Shown: in pieces, positions 8,469 through 17,962 of the stretch
Numbering within the stretch: the first letter of the stretch is position 1
How the letters are laid out: each line of letters starts with the position of its first letter
Source: Patescibacteria group bacterium
GTDB lineage: Bacteria; Patescibacteriota; WWE3; JAMCXX01
Direction of reading: 5' to 3'
DNA length: 64,000 nucleotides
Assembly (NCBI GenBank): GCA_023474425.1
Contig: JAMCXX010000004.1
Location: 148,729 to 212,728, forward strand
Translations under genes and position numbers: made by a program
The notes under the pieces: model-generated
What the model saw: only the letters and a program-made list of their open reading frames with translations
Databases searched by the model: none
Told to the model about the DNA's origin: nothing

Positions 8469-10232
8469 ATGAAGATTCTGGGAATATACTATGGACACAA
8501 CGCCACTGTTTGTTATCTTGAGGACGGAGTCATAAAGGCAGCCGTTAGCGAAGAGAGGTTCACTAATGTTAAGAACCAAAGGGGCATACCCAAAATGGCC
8601 ATCGACTGGATTCTTAAAAACTACCGCCTGAAAGGAGACGACTTCGATCTCGTTGTCGTTCCAGTAAAAACCAATGCCCCAATCTATGCTTCCGATGATT
8701 CCCGAAATCGATCCGTCCCAATTAAAGTTTTGAATCTCATTTATCATCGAGTGCCCATAATCAATCAAACCTTCGGCTTAACCAGCTTTTACAACCAACG
8801 CTTACGACCACTAGGAAGACTTTTCTACGACATCCTCGCTTCAACAATTGGCTCTTACACGGCCCTTCAGGAAAGAAGGGGGGTCGCCGATTTCCTAAAC
8901 ATCCACCCTAACAAAGTTAAGGCTTTTGACCACCACCTCTGCCATGCTTTTGGCGCTTACTATGGCTCGCCGCTTCCCAGAGAAGAGTCTCTGGTTTTGA
9001 CCCTCGATGCGGAAGGCGACGGATTATGCGCCAGCGTCCGCATCTTCAACGGGAACGAGTATCGCCTTCTCTCCGTCGCTCGTAGCGAACACTCAATCGG
9101 CTATTTGTACCAAGCCGTTACGGAATTTCTGGGCATGAAACCTCTGGAACATGAGTATAAAGTTATGGGTCTGGCTCCTTACGCTAAGGGCGAGGCGGTC
9201 GAAAAGGCCTACAATAAAGTCAAAGGCCTTTTTTGGATCGGCGGCCTTACAGGTTTAGAATTTGTTTCCAAGTTCGACATGCATCAGTCACTTAAATTTC
9301 TTAGGAAGGAGATTGCCGACGTCCGATTTGACATTGTCGCCGCGGCCTTCCAGAGACTGACGGAGGAAACGGTTGTCGCTTGGGTCAAGAAGTGTATCAG
9401 GCAAACGGGAATTAAAAAGGTTTGCCTTGCCGGCGGAGTCTTCATGAATGTTAAAGCCAACCAAAAGATTGCGGAATTACCAGAAGTCGAAAGCCTTTTT
9501 GTCTTCCCCAGCTGCGGCGATGAGTCCACTCCGATAGGAGCCGCCTATTTGGGAACCAAAGAAATATCCGGAGAGACAAAACTTGAGCCAATCCGGTCAC
9601 TGTATCTCGGTCCGTCTTTTGACAACGAAAAAGTCAAAGAAGAAATCAAGAAGCAGACATCAAATAAAAGGTATCAAGTAGAATACTTTGAAAACATCGA
9701 AGGGAAGGTCGCCCAACTCTTAGCCGAGGGAAAGATTGTGGCCAGAATGAGTGGCTCTATGGAATGGGGCGCCCGCGCCCTGGGCAATCGGTCAATTCTC
9801 GCCCATCCTCAAAACCCCGATGTGGTTAGAGAGATCAACGAACAGGTTAAAAACCGGGACTTTTGGATGCCGTTCGCACCCTCAATACTGGCTGAAGACG
9901 AAGATAGGTATATTATCAACCCCAAGCATATCTCGGCGCCCTACATGATACTCTCCTTTGAAACAACGGCATTAGGCCGGAAGTACCTAAAGGCGGCTAT
10001 CCATCCCCACGACTTTACGGCTCGGCCACAAATCGTGACCGCGGAAATGAACCCCAAGTATCACAGTTTGATTAGCGAGTTCAAGAAACTCACCGATATT
10101 GGTGCCGTTCTAAACACCTCATTTAATCTCCACGGCTATCCAATTGTCCTGGGGCCCCAGGAAGCCCTCCGGGTCTTTGAAAATTCCGGTCTTAAGCATT
10201 TGCAAATGGAAAACTACCTAATTTCCAAGTGA
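8469..10232 (+). CDS. Carbamoyltransferase (NodU/CmcH family)
   Basis: MKILGIYYGHNATVCYLEDGVIKAAVSEERFTNVKN N-terminus, the length (587 aa) and the C-terminal NTSFNLHGYPIV motif. Confidence 0.8.
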   Translation: MKILGIYYGHNATVCYLEDGVIKAAVSEERFTNVKNQRGIPKMAIDWILKNYRLKGDDFDLVVVPVKTNAPIYASDDSRNRSVPIKVLNLIYHRVPIINQTFGLTSFYNQRLRPLGRLFYDILASTIGSYTALQERRGVADFLNIHPNKVKAFDHHLCHAFGAYYGSPLPREESLVLTLDAEGDGLCASVRIFNGNEYRLLSVARSEHSIGYLYQAVTEFLGMKPLEHEYKVMGLAPYAKGEAVEKAYNKVKGLFWIGGLTGLEFVSKFDMHQSLKFLRKEIADVRFDIVAAAFQRLTEETVVAWVKKCIRQTGIKKVCLAGGVFMNVKANQKIAELPEVESLFVFPSCGDESTPIGAAYLGTKEISGETKLEPIRSLYLGPSFDNEKVKEEIKKQTSNKRYQVEYFENIEGKVAQLLAEGKIVARMSGSMEWGARALGNRSILAHPQNPDVVREINEQVKNRDFWMPFAPSILAEDEDRYIINPKHISAPYMILSFETTALGRKYLKAAIHPHDFTARPQIVTAEMNPKYHSLISEFKKLTDIGAVLNTSFNLHGYPIVLGPQEALRVFENSGLKHLQMENYLISK

Positions 10233-10345
10233 AACTCTTTAAGTAACCAACAAAGATTTTGGTAACAGATCAACAAACTTATCCCAAAGAACAAAAATGA
10301 AATGCATAATTAATCTAGGAAAAAATAAAACAGATTACGGGAAAG

Positions 10346-11368
10346 CTAATTCTTAAACTTCAGAGATATTCGATACTTGAGGGTCCGATACATAAGAATT
10401 GAGGACGAAACACCGTAGGCCGCAAGAAAACTTAGACAAACAAAAGGATGCAAAAACCAGGCTGCGTCTTTCTTTTTTAGGTATCCCCTGACGGACAGCC
10501 AAATCGGCTGCACCAAGGTTATGGTACAAAGGAAAAAAATGATGATTCCAATAACGTCCTTCTTCTTGTGAACGTCAAAGACGAAATAACGTCGGGCAGA
10601 AAAGGAGGGACTGTGCAGAAGAAAATACCTCATCCTCTTTAAAGCAAGATTTCTGAGCTGGTAAGCTGTATCATGATAGATTTCGTTTCGAACCATGGCA
10701 AACCGGCGGTAGCCTTTAGCAACCAAATCGGAAATTACGTCAATGTGAAAAAACTCGTCGGGCGAGCAATGTGATTTTAAAAGCATTTCCCGACGGACGA
10801 AAAACCCGTTAGTGCCGACGGTCGGCAAATTTTCCAAAGTAAAATCGACCAGGAAATAGGCGCTCCTATCTTCAACAATTGGCGAACTCTTCCATTCATC
10901 GTCAAGGTAAGAAATCTTTTCCGTCTTGCCAAGATAAAAAGGCACCGGGTCATTGTTGCCGACCAGAGCGCAATAGCGGTTGAACGGAGAGAAACCGGGT
11001 TTGAGTCCAAATCTCCACGTTTGAGCCCCGATAACTTCCGGAAAATCAACAAATGGCTGAATCATCTCTTTAAAATAGTTCCGGTTCGGCAGAATGTTGT
11101 CAGAGTCGATGTAGGCCACGATTTCGTTTTTAGATCTCAAAAGGCCGACGCCCCGCCGCGGCTCCATGTTGTTGCGGTAGCCGCCGTCAATGACGGTGGC
11201 GCCAAAACTTCGAACGACTTCAATCGTTCCGTCGGTAGAACCACCGTCAACAATCAGAACTTCGATTAACTCTTTGGGGTAGTCCTGATTAATAATCGCC
11301 TGCAGACTTTCCGCCAATGTTCTTCTGGCGTTGAGTGTAGGCATTATTACGGATATAGATTTGAACAT
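10346..11368 (-). CDS. GT2 glycosyltransferase with a C-terminal membrane segment
   Basis: SVIMPTLNARRTLAESLQAIINQDYP...VLIVDGGSTDGT and YIDSDN (DxD), followed by C-terminal hydrophobic helices. Confidence 0.75.
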   Translation of the reverse strand: MFKSISVIMPTLNARRTLAESLQAIINQDYPKELIEVLIVDGGSTDGTIEVVRSFGATVIDGGYRNNMEPRRGVGLLRSKNEIVAYIDSDNILPNRNYFKEMIQPFVDFPEVIGAQTWRFGLKPGFSPFNRYCALVGNNDPVPFYLGKTEKISYLDDEWKSSPIVEDRSAYFLVDFTLENLPTVGTNGFFVRREMLLKSHCSPDEFFHIDVISDLVAKGYRRFAMVRNEIYHDTAYQLRNLALKRMRYFLLHSPSFSARRYFVFDVHKKKDVIGIIIFFLCTITLVQPIWLSVRGYLKKKDAAWFLHPFVCLSFLAAYGVSSSILMYRTLKYRISLKFKN

Positions 11369-11403
11369 TTATAAATGCCAGATAAAAATTTATTCTACTA
11401 AAT

Positions 11404-12141
11404 CTAATCCGGCCAAACTTTCCAAGGTCTTCCGTTATTCCAAAGATTATTTATAACTGACAAATCTTTATACGTGTCCACGGCTCCCCAAAATCCTCGG
11501 TGGTAATAGACATTCATTTTTCCTCTTTTGGCCAGATAATTAAACGGACACTCTACTTCGTCACTCTCTTCCAAGTAATTCAGATATTTTCTATTAAACA
11601 CCATAAAACCCCCATGAACTATTTCCTTCATCATTTGGCCTTTTTCATAACTGATCATCTTCCCATTAGAACCAGTCTCAATAATACCCAATCTATGTGG
11701 AACACGAACTCCGGTAACAGTACCTAAGACTTTTGATTTTAAATGGAAATCTAAGAGTTTTCTGATGTTCACATTGGAAACACCGTCGCCGTAAGTGCAC
11801 ATAAAATGTTCGGTTTTAACGTACTTGGCCGATTTTAAAAGCCGTCCTCCGGTCGTTGTGTTCTCGCCCGTCTCCGCCATGATCACGTTAAATTCCTTAA
11901 AAAGTCCGTTGTTCTTATTAATAAATCTCCTAATGTAGCTGCCGCGATATCCGAGAGTCAAAATAAAATTGTTAAACCCGTAGTGCTGATAAATCTTCAT
12001 GATGTGCCAAATGAGTGGACGGTAGCCGACCTCGACCATCGGTTTCGGCCGATCCAGCGTTATCTCCCGCATCCGGCTACCGGCGCCGCCGCAAAAAATA
12101 ACCACTGGAATTTCACTTGTCGATAATACTTTTCTGTTCAT
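11404..12141 (-). CDS. rfbF: Glucose-1-phosphate cytidylyltransferase
   Basis: VVIFCGGAGSRMREITLDRPKPMVEVGYRPLIWHIMKIYQHYGFNNFILTLGYRG closely follows the RfbF/DdhA signature. Confidence 0.85.
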   Translation of the reverse strand: MNRKVLSTSEIPVVIFCGGAGSRMREITLDRPKPMVEVGYRPLIWHIMKIYQHYGFNNFILTLGYRGSYIRRFINKNNGLFKEFNVIMAETGENTTTGGRLLKSAKYVKTEHFMCTYGDGVSNVNIRKLLDFHLKSKVLGTVTGVRVPHRLGIIETGSNGKMISYEKGQMMKEIVHGGFMVFNRKYLNYLEESDEVECPFNYLAKRGKMNVYYHRGFWGAVDTYKDLSVINNLWNNGRPWKVWPD

Positions 12142-12297
12142 AAAGCATTCAATTCCCTATGAATGTTCGGTGCGAAAGTTATCGTTGTGGGGTAGTCCAT
12201 CAGAAGGAGCCATCGGAGAAGACCCCTTGAGCTAATTGTGAGACCTACCCGATTCAGAAAAGAATAGGCTTGAGGATAACGTCAAACTAAAGCTTCT

Positions 12298-13623
12298 CTA
12301 AATCTTGGACTCCATAAATTCCTCAAAAACTCCAACCGTGTAATCAATCGTCTCTTTGGAAATGCCCGGATAACAACCGATCCAAAAAGTATTATTCATG
12401 ACAATATCGCTGTTTCTAAGTGGTTTTGGAACCCTAAAAACAGTTTTTTGAAACGCTGGTTGTTTCGTTATATTACCACCAAAAAGTAGTCTGGTTGCTA
12501 CTTTTTGGCTCTCTAGGTATTCGGTTATCTCGCTCCTGCTGAAAGGAACTCCTTTACGCAAAGTTATAAGAAATCCGAACCACGATGGTTCACTGTTGTG
12601 AGTTGCTTCAGGCAAAATGAGGTAGTCGGAAAATTTCTTCAGAGAACTTACAAAATATGCGTGGTTTTCTGCTCTTTTTCGGATAAAGCCCTCAAGCTTT
12701 TCCATCTGCGCTAGCCCAACAGCCGCCTGCATATCCGTCATCTTCAAATTAAAACCGACGTGGCTGTAAATATACTTGTGATCATAACCACGAGGAAGTT
12801 TCCCCAACTTCCATTTAAACCGGACGCCACAGGTATTCTCCTTTCCGGTCGCACACCAGCAATCTCTACCCCAGTCTCTGAATGAACGAATGTTCTTGTC
12901 AAGTAAGGCGTTATTGGTTAGAACTGCTCCTCCCTCACCACAGGTAATTTGGTGGGCCGGATAGAAACTGACAGTAGCAATGTCTCCAAAGGTGCCAACT
13001 TTACGTCCTTTATACTTGGCTCCCAATGCATCGCAGCAATCTTCAATTAGCCAAATGCCTCTCTTTTTGCAAAAATCGGCAATCTCCTCCACTTCGTAGG
13101 GGTTGCCCAAAGTGTGCGCCAGAAAAATCGCTTTGGTTTTGCCCGTCACCGCCGCCAGAACGTCTTTGGCCAAAGGGTTGTAGGTCGAAAGCTGCGTATC
13201 CACAAAAACCGGCACGGCGCCGAACTGAACAACCGGCGCCAGGGTTGTCGGAAAACAGCTGGCCGTCTCAATCACCTCGTCGCCCTTTCTAATTTCCCGT
13301 CCGGAAAGCTTTTCCGAAGTCAAAGCATAGAAAGCAATGAGATTCGCGGAAGAGCCGGAGTTGACCGTGGAGGCAAACTTTAGACCAAAAAAATCCGCCA
13401 GTCTCTCTTCAAAAGCCTGGTTAAAGCGGCCCTCAGTCAGCCAGAAATCGAGAGCAGAATCAACGAGATTGACCATTTCCTTCTCGTCGAAAACCCGTCC
13501 TGAAGTCGGAATGTAGCTTTCTCCCGGTACGATCTTACGGGCGGCAAAAGCAGCCCGGTAATACTCGGCGGTTAAATCCAAAATTTCGCGTCGGAGTTCT
13601 TCTTTTGAAGGACTGGAAGCCAT
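12298..13623 (-). CDS. rfbH: CDP-4-keto-6-deoxy-D-glucose-3-dehydrase (E1), DegT/DnrJ/EryC1 fold
   Basis: 441 aa. N-terminus EELRREILDLTAEYYRAAF...IPTSGRVFDEKEMVNLVDSALDFWLTEGRF, plus CFPTT and SFYPAHQITCGEGG, are as in RfbH/DdhC. Confidence 0.8.
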   Translation of the reverse strand: MASSPSKEELRREILDLTAEYYRAAFAARKIVPGESYIPTSGRVFDEKEMVNLVDSALDFWLTEGRFNQAFEERLADFFGLKFASTVNSGSSANLIAFYALTSEKLSGREIRKGDEVIETASCFPTTLAPVVQFGAVPVFVDTQLSTYNPLAKDVLAAVTGKTKAIFLAHTLGNPYEVEEIADFCKKRGIWLIEDCCDALGAKYKGRKVGTFGDIATVSFYPAHQITCGEGGAVLTNNALLDKNIRSFRDWGRDCWCATGKENTCGVRFKWKLGKLPRGYDHKYIYSHVGFNLKMTDMQAAVGLAQMEKLEGFIRKRAENHAYFVSSLKKFSDYLILPEATHNSEPSWFGFLITLRKGVPFSRSEITEYLESQKVATRLLFGGNITKQPAFQKTVFRVPKPLRNSDIVMNNTFWIGCYPGISKETIDYTVGVFEEFMESKI

Positions 13624-13628
13624 AGTTG

Positions 13629-14603
13629 TCAGTCTACGGAGAAATATTTTTTGTACCAGGCAATCGTTTCTTTGAGCGCCTCCCGCACCGAGTACTTCGG
13701 ATGCCAGCCTAAAACTCTTTTAACCTTGTCAATGCTTAGATACTGCTCACGGATTTCGTTGGAGGCTTCGTTTTTGATGACCGGCGTGAGGCTCGATCCC
13801 ATTTCTTCGGTGATGAGAGAAACCAAATCCAATACCGAATAACGCTCTTCAGAACCGACGTTGAAAACCTGGCCAACCGTTTTTTCAAAGTTTTCGGAAA
13901 TTTCCAAGTAAGCGTTGGCGGCGTCTTTAGTATAAAAATAGTTTCGGATATACTGACCATCACTTCTGATAATGGGCGGTTCATTTTTCATTAGAGAAAG
14001 AATTGTGCCGGGAACAATACGATTAAAGTTAAGATCCCCTGGCCCAAACAGATTGCCGCACCGGGTAACGGCCACTGGAAGATTGAAACTGACCCGGTAG
14101 CTTTGGGCGACGAGATCCGCGCAGGATTTGGAAACGTCATACGGATGCCGCCCTTGCAGAGCCGTTTCCTCGTTGTAGGGCAGAATTTTTTGATCGCCGT
14201 AGGCTTTGTCGGAAGAAGCGACAACTAAAGAGCGGACGTGCGGCCGATGGAGCCGGACGGCTTCAAGAACATTCCACGTTCCCTTGATATTGCTGTTGAA
14301 GGTGGAAAGCGGCGAGACGTTGCCGACTTTGACCTGGGTCTGCGCCGCCAGGTGGAAAACGGTCTCCACCTCGTACTCGCCGATCACACGTTCGACGAAC
14401 TCAAAGTCTGTGATATCTCCGTATGCGATATTCAATTTCCTGTAAAAATCCTCCAAATATAGACGGGATTTGTGTACCCGATCGCGGATAATCACAGACA
14501 CATCAGCTCCTTTCGAAAGAAGCTGATGAGTTACTTCGGAACCAAGCATTCCGCTCGCTCCAGTGACTAAAACTCGACGACTATGCCAAAAGCTATCGCC
14601 CAT
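13629..14603 (-). CDS. rfbG: NAD-dependent sugar 4,6-dehydratase, most likely CDP-glucose 4,6-dehydratase
   Basis: FWHSRRVLVTGASGMLGS, FHLAAQ, SSDKAYG and HPYDVSKSCADLVAQSY. It lies between rfbH and the upstream GT-C gene. Confidence 0.7.
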   Translation of the reverse strand: MGDSFWHSRRVLVTGASGMLGSEVTHQLLSKGADVSVIIRDRVHKSRLYLEDFYRKLNIAYGDITDFEFVERVIGEYEVETVFHLAAQTQVKVGNVSPLSTFNSNIKGTWNVLEAVRLHRPHVRSLVVASSDKAYGDQKILPYNEETALQGRHPYDVSKSCADLVAQSYRVSFNLPVAVTRCGNLFGPGDLNFNRIVPGTILSLMKNEPPIIRSDGQYIRNYFYTKDAANAYLEISENFEKTVGQVFNVGSEERYSVLDLVSLITEEMGSSLTPVIKNEASNEIREQYLSIDKVKRVLGWHPKYSVREALKETIAWYKKYFSVD

Positions 14604-14642
14604 AAGATGGATTACATTATAACAAACAATCTACGGTTGTCA

Positions 14643-17600
14643 TCATTTTGGGCGACGCCAATTAAATCCTGATCTTTCCAGCCCCGAGCCAAAAAGCTTT
14701 CGGGCAACAAGATACGCTGTAGTTAAAACCAGAGATGCGAATGAGACAAAGACAAAAAACAGGAACCACCTCTCCGGTTCGTAATTAATGACAACATCGT
14801 AATTTCCTTTTTTGTCTAAAAGCCAGGCATTGGCGTAACCGTTAACCAAAAAGTGGCGGGCATCAGAAACCGAAGACACACCGGAAGAGTTGTCCATATA
14901 GCTCAACTTCCAATCTTTTGAATATGTCTCACTGAGAACCAAGAAAAAAGGTTTTTCGGCACCGCTTATATGGGCGGTATATCTTGTGGCCGAACTAGCC
15001 GTTGTTACCACCTTAGGCAATTGTATTAAAGGCTGACCATTGTCTCTTTTTAAAACAAACCCAGACTCCAGCTTCGGCCTTAGTGAAAATCCATTAAGTA
15101 AAGTCTGCCCACCGTTTTCATAAATATTACCGTTGCCGCCCAGGAAAGCAAAAACAAAACCGAACCTTTTAGAAGAGGGGTTTGGGCTGTAGTCAATACT
15201 GTATTCCGACCAGTCCGGGTAGTTGCCCAAGGATGGCTGAACAATAAAATTTGAAGAACAGGTAGAATTGTGGCTGCTACTGCCCGCAGCAACCCAGATG
15301 GGTTCGTCGACATCACAGTTGTTCTCCCAAATAACCAAAACCGGAGGGTAGTCTGAGACAACTTTGTAGAAGAAGGAAAAAACATACGTCTCATTCTTCG
15401 AAAGGCTCACAGGAGCGGCCAAATAGGCGTCAGTGGAACCCGGACCCAAATCCAAGGACCCGCCGGAAAAGTATGAATCGGAAGAAAGTGGAATCGCCTT
15501 TCTATATAAGCTGCTTTTCCATTCGCCTTTAGATACTTTATCAATCAGGCTCTCGACCCCATCAAATTTTATAGTTAATTCATAAGAACCTCCACCTAAA
15601 TCGAGGGTTTTCAAGTAGCTAAAGTTGCCGTTAAAACCTGGAAGACCCCGACTCGATCCGGAAACCAGTGAATTAGAGTTGTTCAAATTATAGAGGTTTA
15701 AGCTAGTCGTCCGAACATATTTTTGCTCTTGGCCTAAACCTGCTGCGTATAAGTCGTACTGCCCGGGATTATCGTTAACAAAATAATAGGTTTTCGCGTA
15801 TTCACCGCGGTTTACTTTCTCGTTAGCGTCCAAGGAGTTATATAAATTATCCGGAACGGCCGAAAGGGACGTACCTAAAATTGAAGAAAAGGTAAATTGC
15901 CGGTTAGTCTTGGTTAGTTTCCAGGGAACAATATAACTTGTGGTGCATAAGAGTTGAGTAGAATCTTTATAGGGCGCGGCTTTAGAATCCGAAAGTATGA
16001 GCGGAGAGATACCGGAACCCGTGAATTCCAAAGGAAAATTGAGTGCGCTTTTATCACCGGAAAGGCAGTCAACTTCGTTGGGAATATAAATTCTGCCTAA
16101 CGTCTGCTCTTTGTTTATACGGTAAACATCCAGGGGTCCGAAGCTCTTTTCCGGAGTAAAGTCCCTCTGCCGGCTGATGACCTGTCGCATGTTGTCCGGA
16201 GAATAGTTTTCGGGATGCGAATCTATCCTTAACAAGTTTATGTCGTTCCTTTGAAGGAGGTAGTCTACATCCATAATTTTCATTAAACCGGTAATACTCG
16301 AAGGAATTTTCGAAAACCCTTGAATCCGGTTATAAGCCAGCTTCGAAACATCGTCCATAAGTGTTGGCATCGGATAAAAACCGTTATTTCTTTCTACCCA
16401 AGGAACACCTAACAAAAGAGGGGCGACGTCGGCTGAATCGTAACCCCAAATATAAGGAATGCCGGAACGTAAATAGTCCGGGTTATCCGGCAAAATGAGT
16501 ACACGGCCCTCGGGTTTCTGTCGTTCAAACCACGCCGAAACTTCGAACCAATATTTCGGTATCTGCGTCCGCAAAGCCGGCATAACCCCACGAGCATCCG
16601 GGTAATGCGCCCCCGTCACCAACGGCCAGGCAATCGTTAAAATAACGGCCGTAACAGACAAACCCAACAAATTCACCGTCCATCTCGACGAAAAACTATC
16701 TTCAAGAAAGGCAAACAGAGCCCCCAAAAGAATTGAGTAGGAAAAGGCAATCAGGGCGGCAAACTTCGCAAAAGGTTCCCGATAAATCCAAAAGAACGGA
16801 ACAAATCTATAGAACAGGGAATTGACAAAACCGAAAATGTCATTGGCCCTTCCGTGGGCCAGGAGAATTCCAATAACGGCTAAAACGGCAAAAAAACTGA
16901 CAGTTTTTTTGCCGCTTCGGTAAGCGAATATAATCCCGAACATTACCAAAACGGGAACAGTAAAAGTAATACCGGAGAGCACCGGGTTTAAATAACTGGC
17001 AGCGAAAGGAAAATAAGGTGTTCCCCTGTTACCGGCAAAAAAAGCCCACGAACCGAGCAGCCTGATTAAATCGGTAAAACTCGAAGATGCGCCGACGACG
17101 GCGGCTGAGGTTACACTTTCTACAATTCCTATCTGGGAATTTAAACCTCTTACAAACGGGTACAGCCACCAGGCGTTAAACAACAGATAAAAAATTGCCG
17201 CTAAAAAATTAAATTTCCAAAAAAAGCGTTCGCGACGAAGAAAAACAAGCGCATATACGAAGAAAAAGAAAATAGCCATAAACGGTATAGCGTAGATTGG
17301 CGGGTTGCCGGCGGCAGAAGACATAAAGACCGTGACTAAGGCAAAGCAGAAGGCGTAGCAAAAGGTATCTTTAGACCTCAAACCCCTTAAGTAAATCCAG
17401 AAAATTAGGGGCAAAAACATGTAGGCCAGAAGGGTTGTGGTCACAACCCCGGTAATCATTATGTAAAGGTTAAAAAGATATAGAGCGGAAGGCAAAAAGT
17501 TGTGCCAACCCTCCTTCTTGTTTCTGAATATTTCCTTTGTCAGAAAGTACATGGAAATTGACCCCGTTAAAAAAAGACTCACAAACCACAACTTTTCTAT

Positions 17601-17879
17601 ATCACTTAAAGAAAAAGAAACTAACTTAAACAAAGCCCAAAAACCAACCCAGGGAATTATGTGAAAAGGAACGTTGTTAATCTGCCCGCCGGAAGCGTTC
17701 TCTATCCAAGCCGAAGAAATGTTTTTCAAGTAATTAAACGGGTCAAGAGGCAGCCAGAAATCCGACCCGGTTATAAGGGTGTTCCAGGGATGAAACCAGA
17801 ATAAAGGAACGGCGCACAACAAAACCGAAAGCAATAAAAATTTTTTCCTGGATACAAAACGAAAAAAACTTGACAGCAT
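14643..17879 (-). CDS. Very large GT-C-like membrane protein, AftD/DUF3367-like (arabinofuranosyltransferase family)
   Basis: 1078 aa. The N-terminus SDFWLPLDPFNYLKNISSAWIENASGGQINNVPFHIIPWVGFWALFK...IEKLWFVSLFL parallels the conserved AftD N-terminal loop. It has about 12 TM helices, a large beta-rich C-terminal domain and a terminal TM. Confidence 0.55.
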   Translation of the reverse strand: MLSSFFRFVSRKKFLLLSVLLCAVPLFWFHPWNTLITGSDFWLPLDPFNYLKNISSAWIENASGGQINNVPFHIIPWVGFWALFKLVSFSLSDIEKLWFVSLFLTGSISMYFLTKEIFRNKKEGWHNFLPSALYLFNLYIMITGVVTTTLLAYMFLPLIFWIYLRGLRSKDTFCYAFCFALVTVFMSSAAGNPPIYAIPFMAIFFFFVYALVFLRRERFFWKFNFLAAIFYLLFNAWWLYPFVRGLNSQIGIVESVTSAAVVGASSSFTDLIRLLGSWAFFAGNRGTPYFPFAASYLNPVLSGITFTVPVLVMFGIIFAYRSGKKTVSFFAVLAVIGILLAHGRANDIFGFVNSLFYRFVPFFWIYREPFAKFAALIAFSYSILLGALFAFLEDSFSSRWTVNLLGLSVTAVILTIAWPLVTGAHYPDARGVMPALRTQIPKYWFEVSAWFERQKPEGRVLILPDNPDYLRSGIPYIWGYDSADVAPLLLGVPWVERNNGFYPMPTLMDDVSKLAYNRIQGFSKIPSSITGLMKIMDVDYLLQRNDINLLRIDSHPENYSPDNMRQVISRQRDFTPEKSFGPLDVYRINKEQTLGRIYIPNEVDCLSGDKSALNFPLEFTGSGISPLILSDSKAAPYKDSTQLLCTTSYIVPWKLTKTNRQFTFSSILGTSLSAVPDNLYNSLDANEKVNRGEYAKTYYFVNDNPGQYDLYAAGLGQEQKYVRTTSLNLYNLNNSNSLVSGSSRGLPGFNGNFSYLKTLDLGGGSYELTIKFDGVESLIDKVSKGEWKSSLYRKAIPLSSDSYFSGGSLDLGPGSTDAYLAAPVSLSKNETYVFSFFYKVVSDYPPVLVIWENNCDVDEPIWVAAGSSSHNSTCSSNFIVQPSLGNYPDWSEYSIDYSPNPSSKRFGFVFAFLGGNGNIYENGGQTLLNGFSLRPKLESGFVLKRDNGQPLIQLPKVVTTASSATRYTAHISGAEKPFFLVLSETYSKDWKLSYMDNSSGVSSVSDARHFLVNGYANAWLLDKKGNYDVVINYEPERWFLFFVFVSFASLVLTTAYLVARKLFGSGLERSGFNWRRPK

Positions 17880-17962
17880 ATATACGCTAGTCCGGGTTCT
17901 AATACAACTTAATTATGTAAGATATATAATTAAAATCAATAATGCCTGGATAAGAATACCAA

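Noticed and set aside
12142-12297. 156-nt spacer between rfbH and rfbF as a possible regulatory RNA
   Set aside because: Only short, weak inverted repeats were visible, and there was no similarity to the other structured elements in the window. The evidence is insufficient to call a feature.
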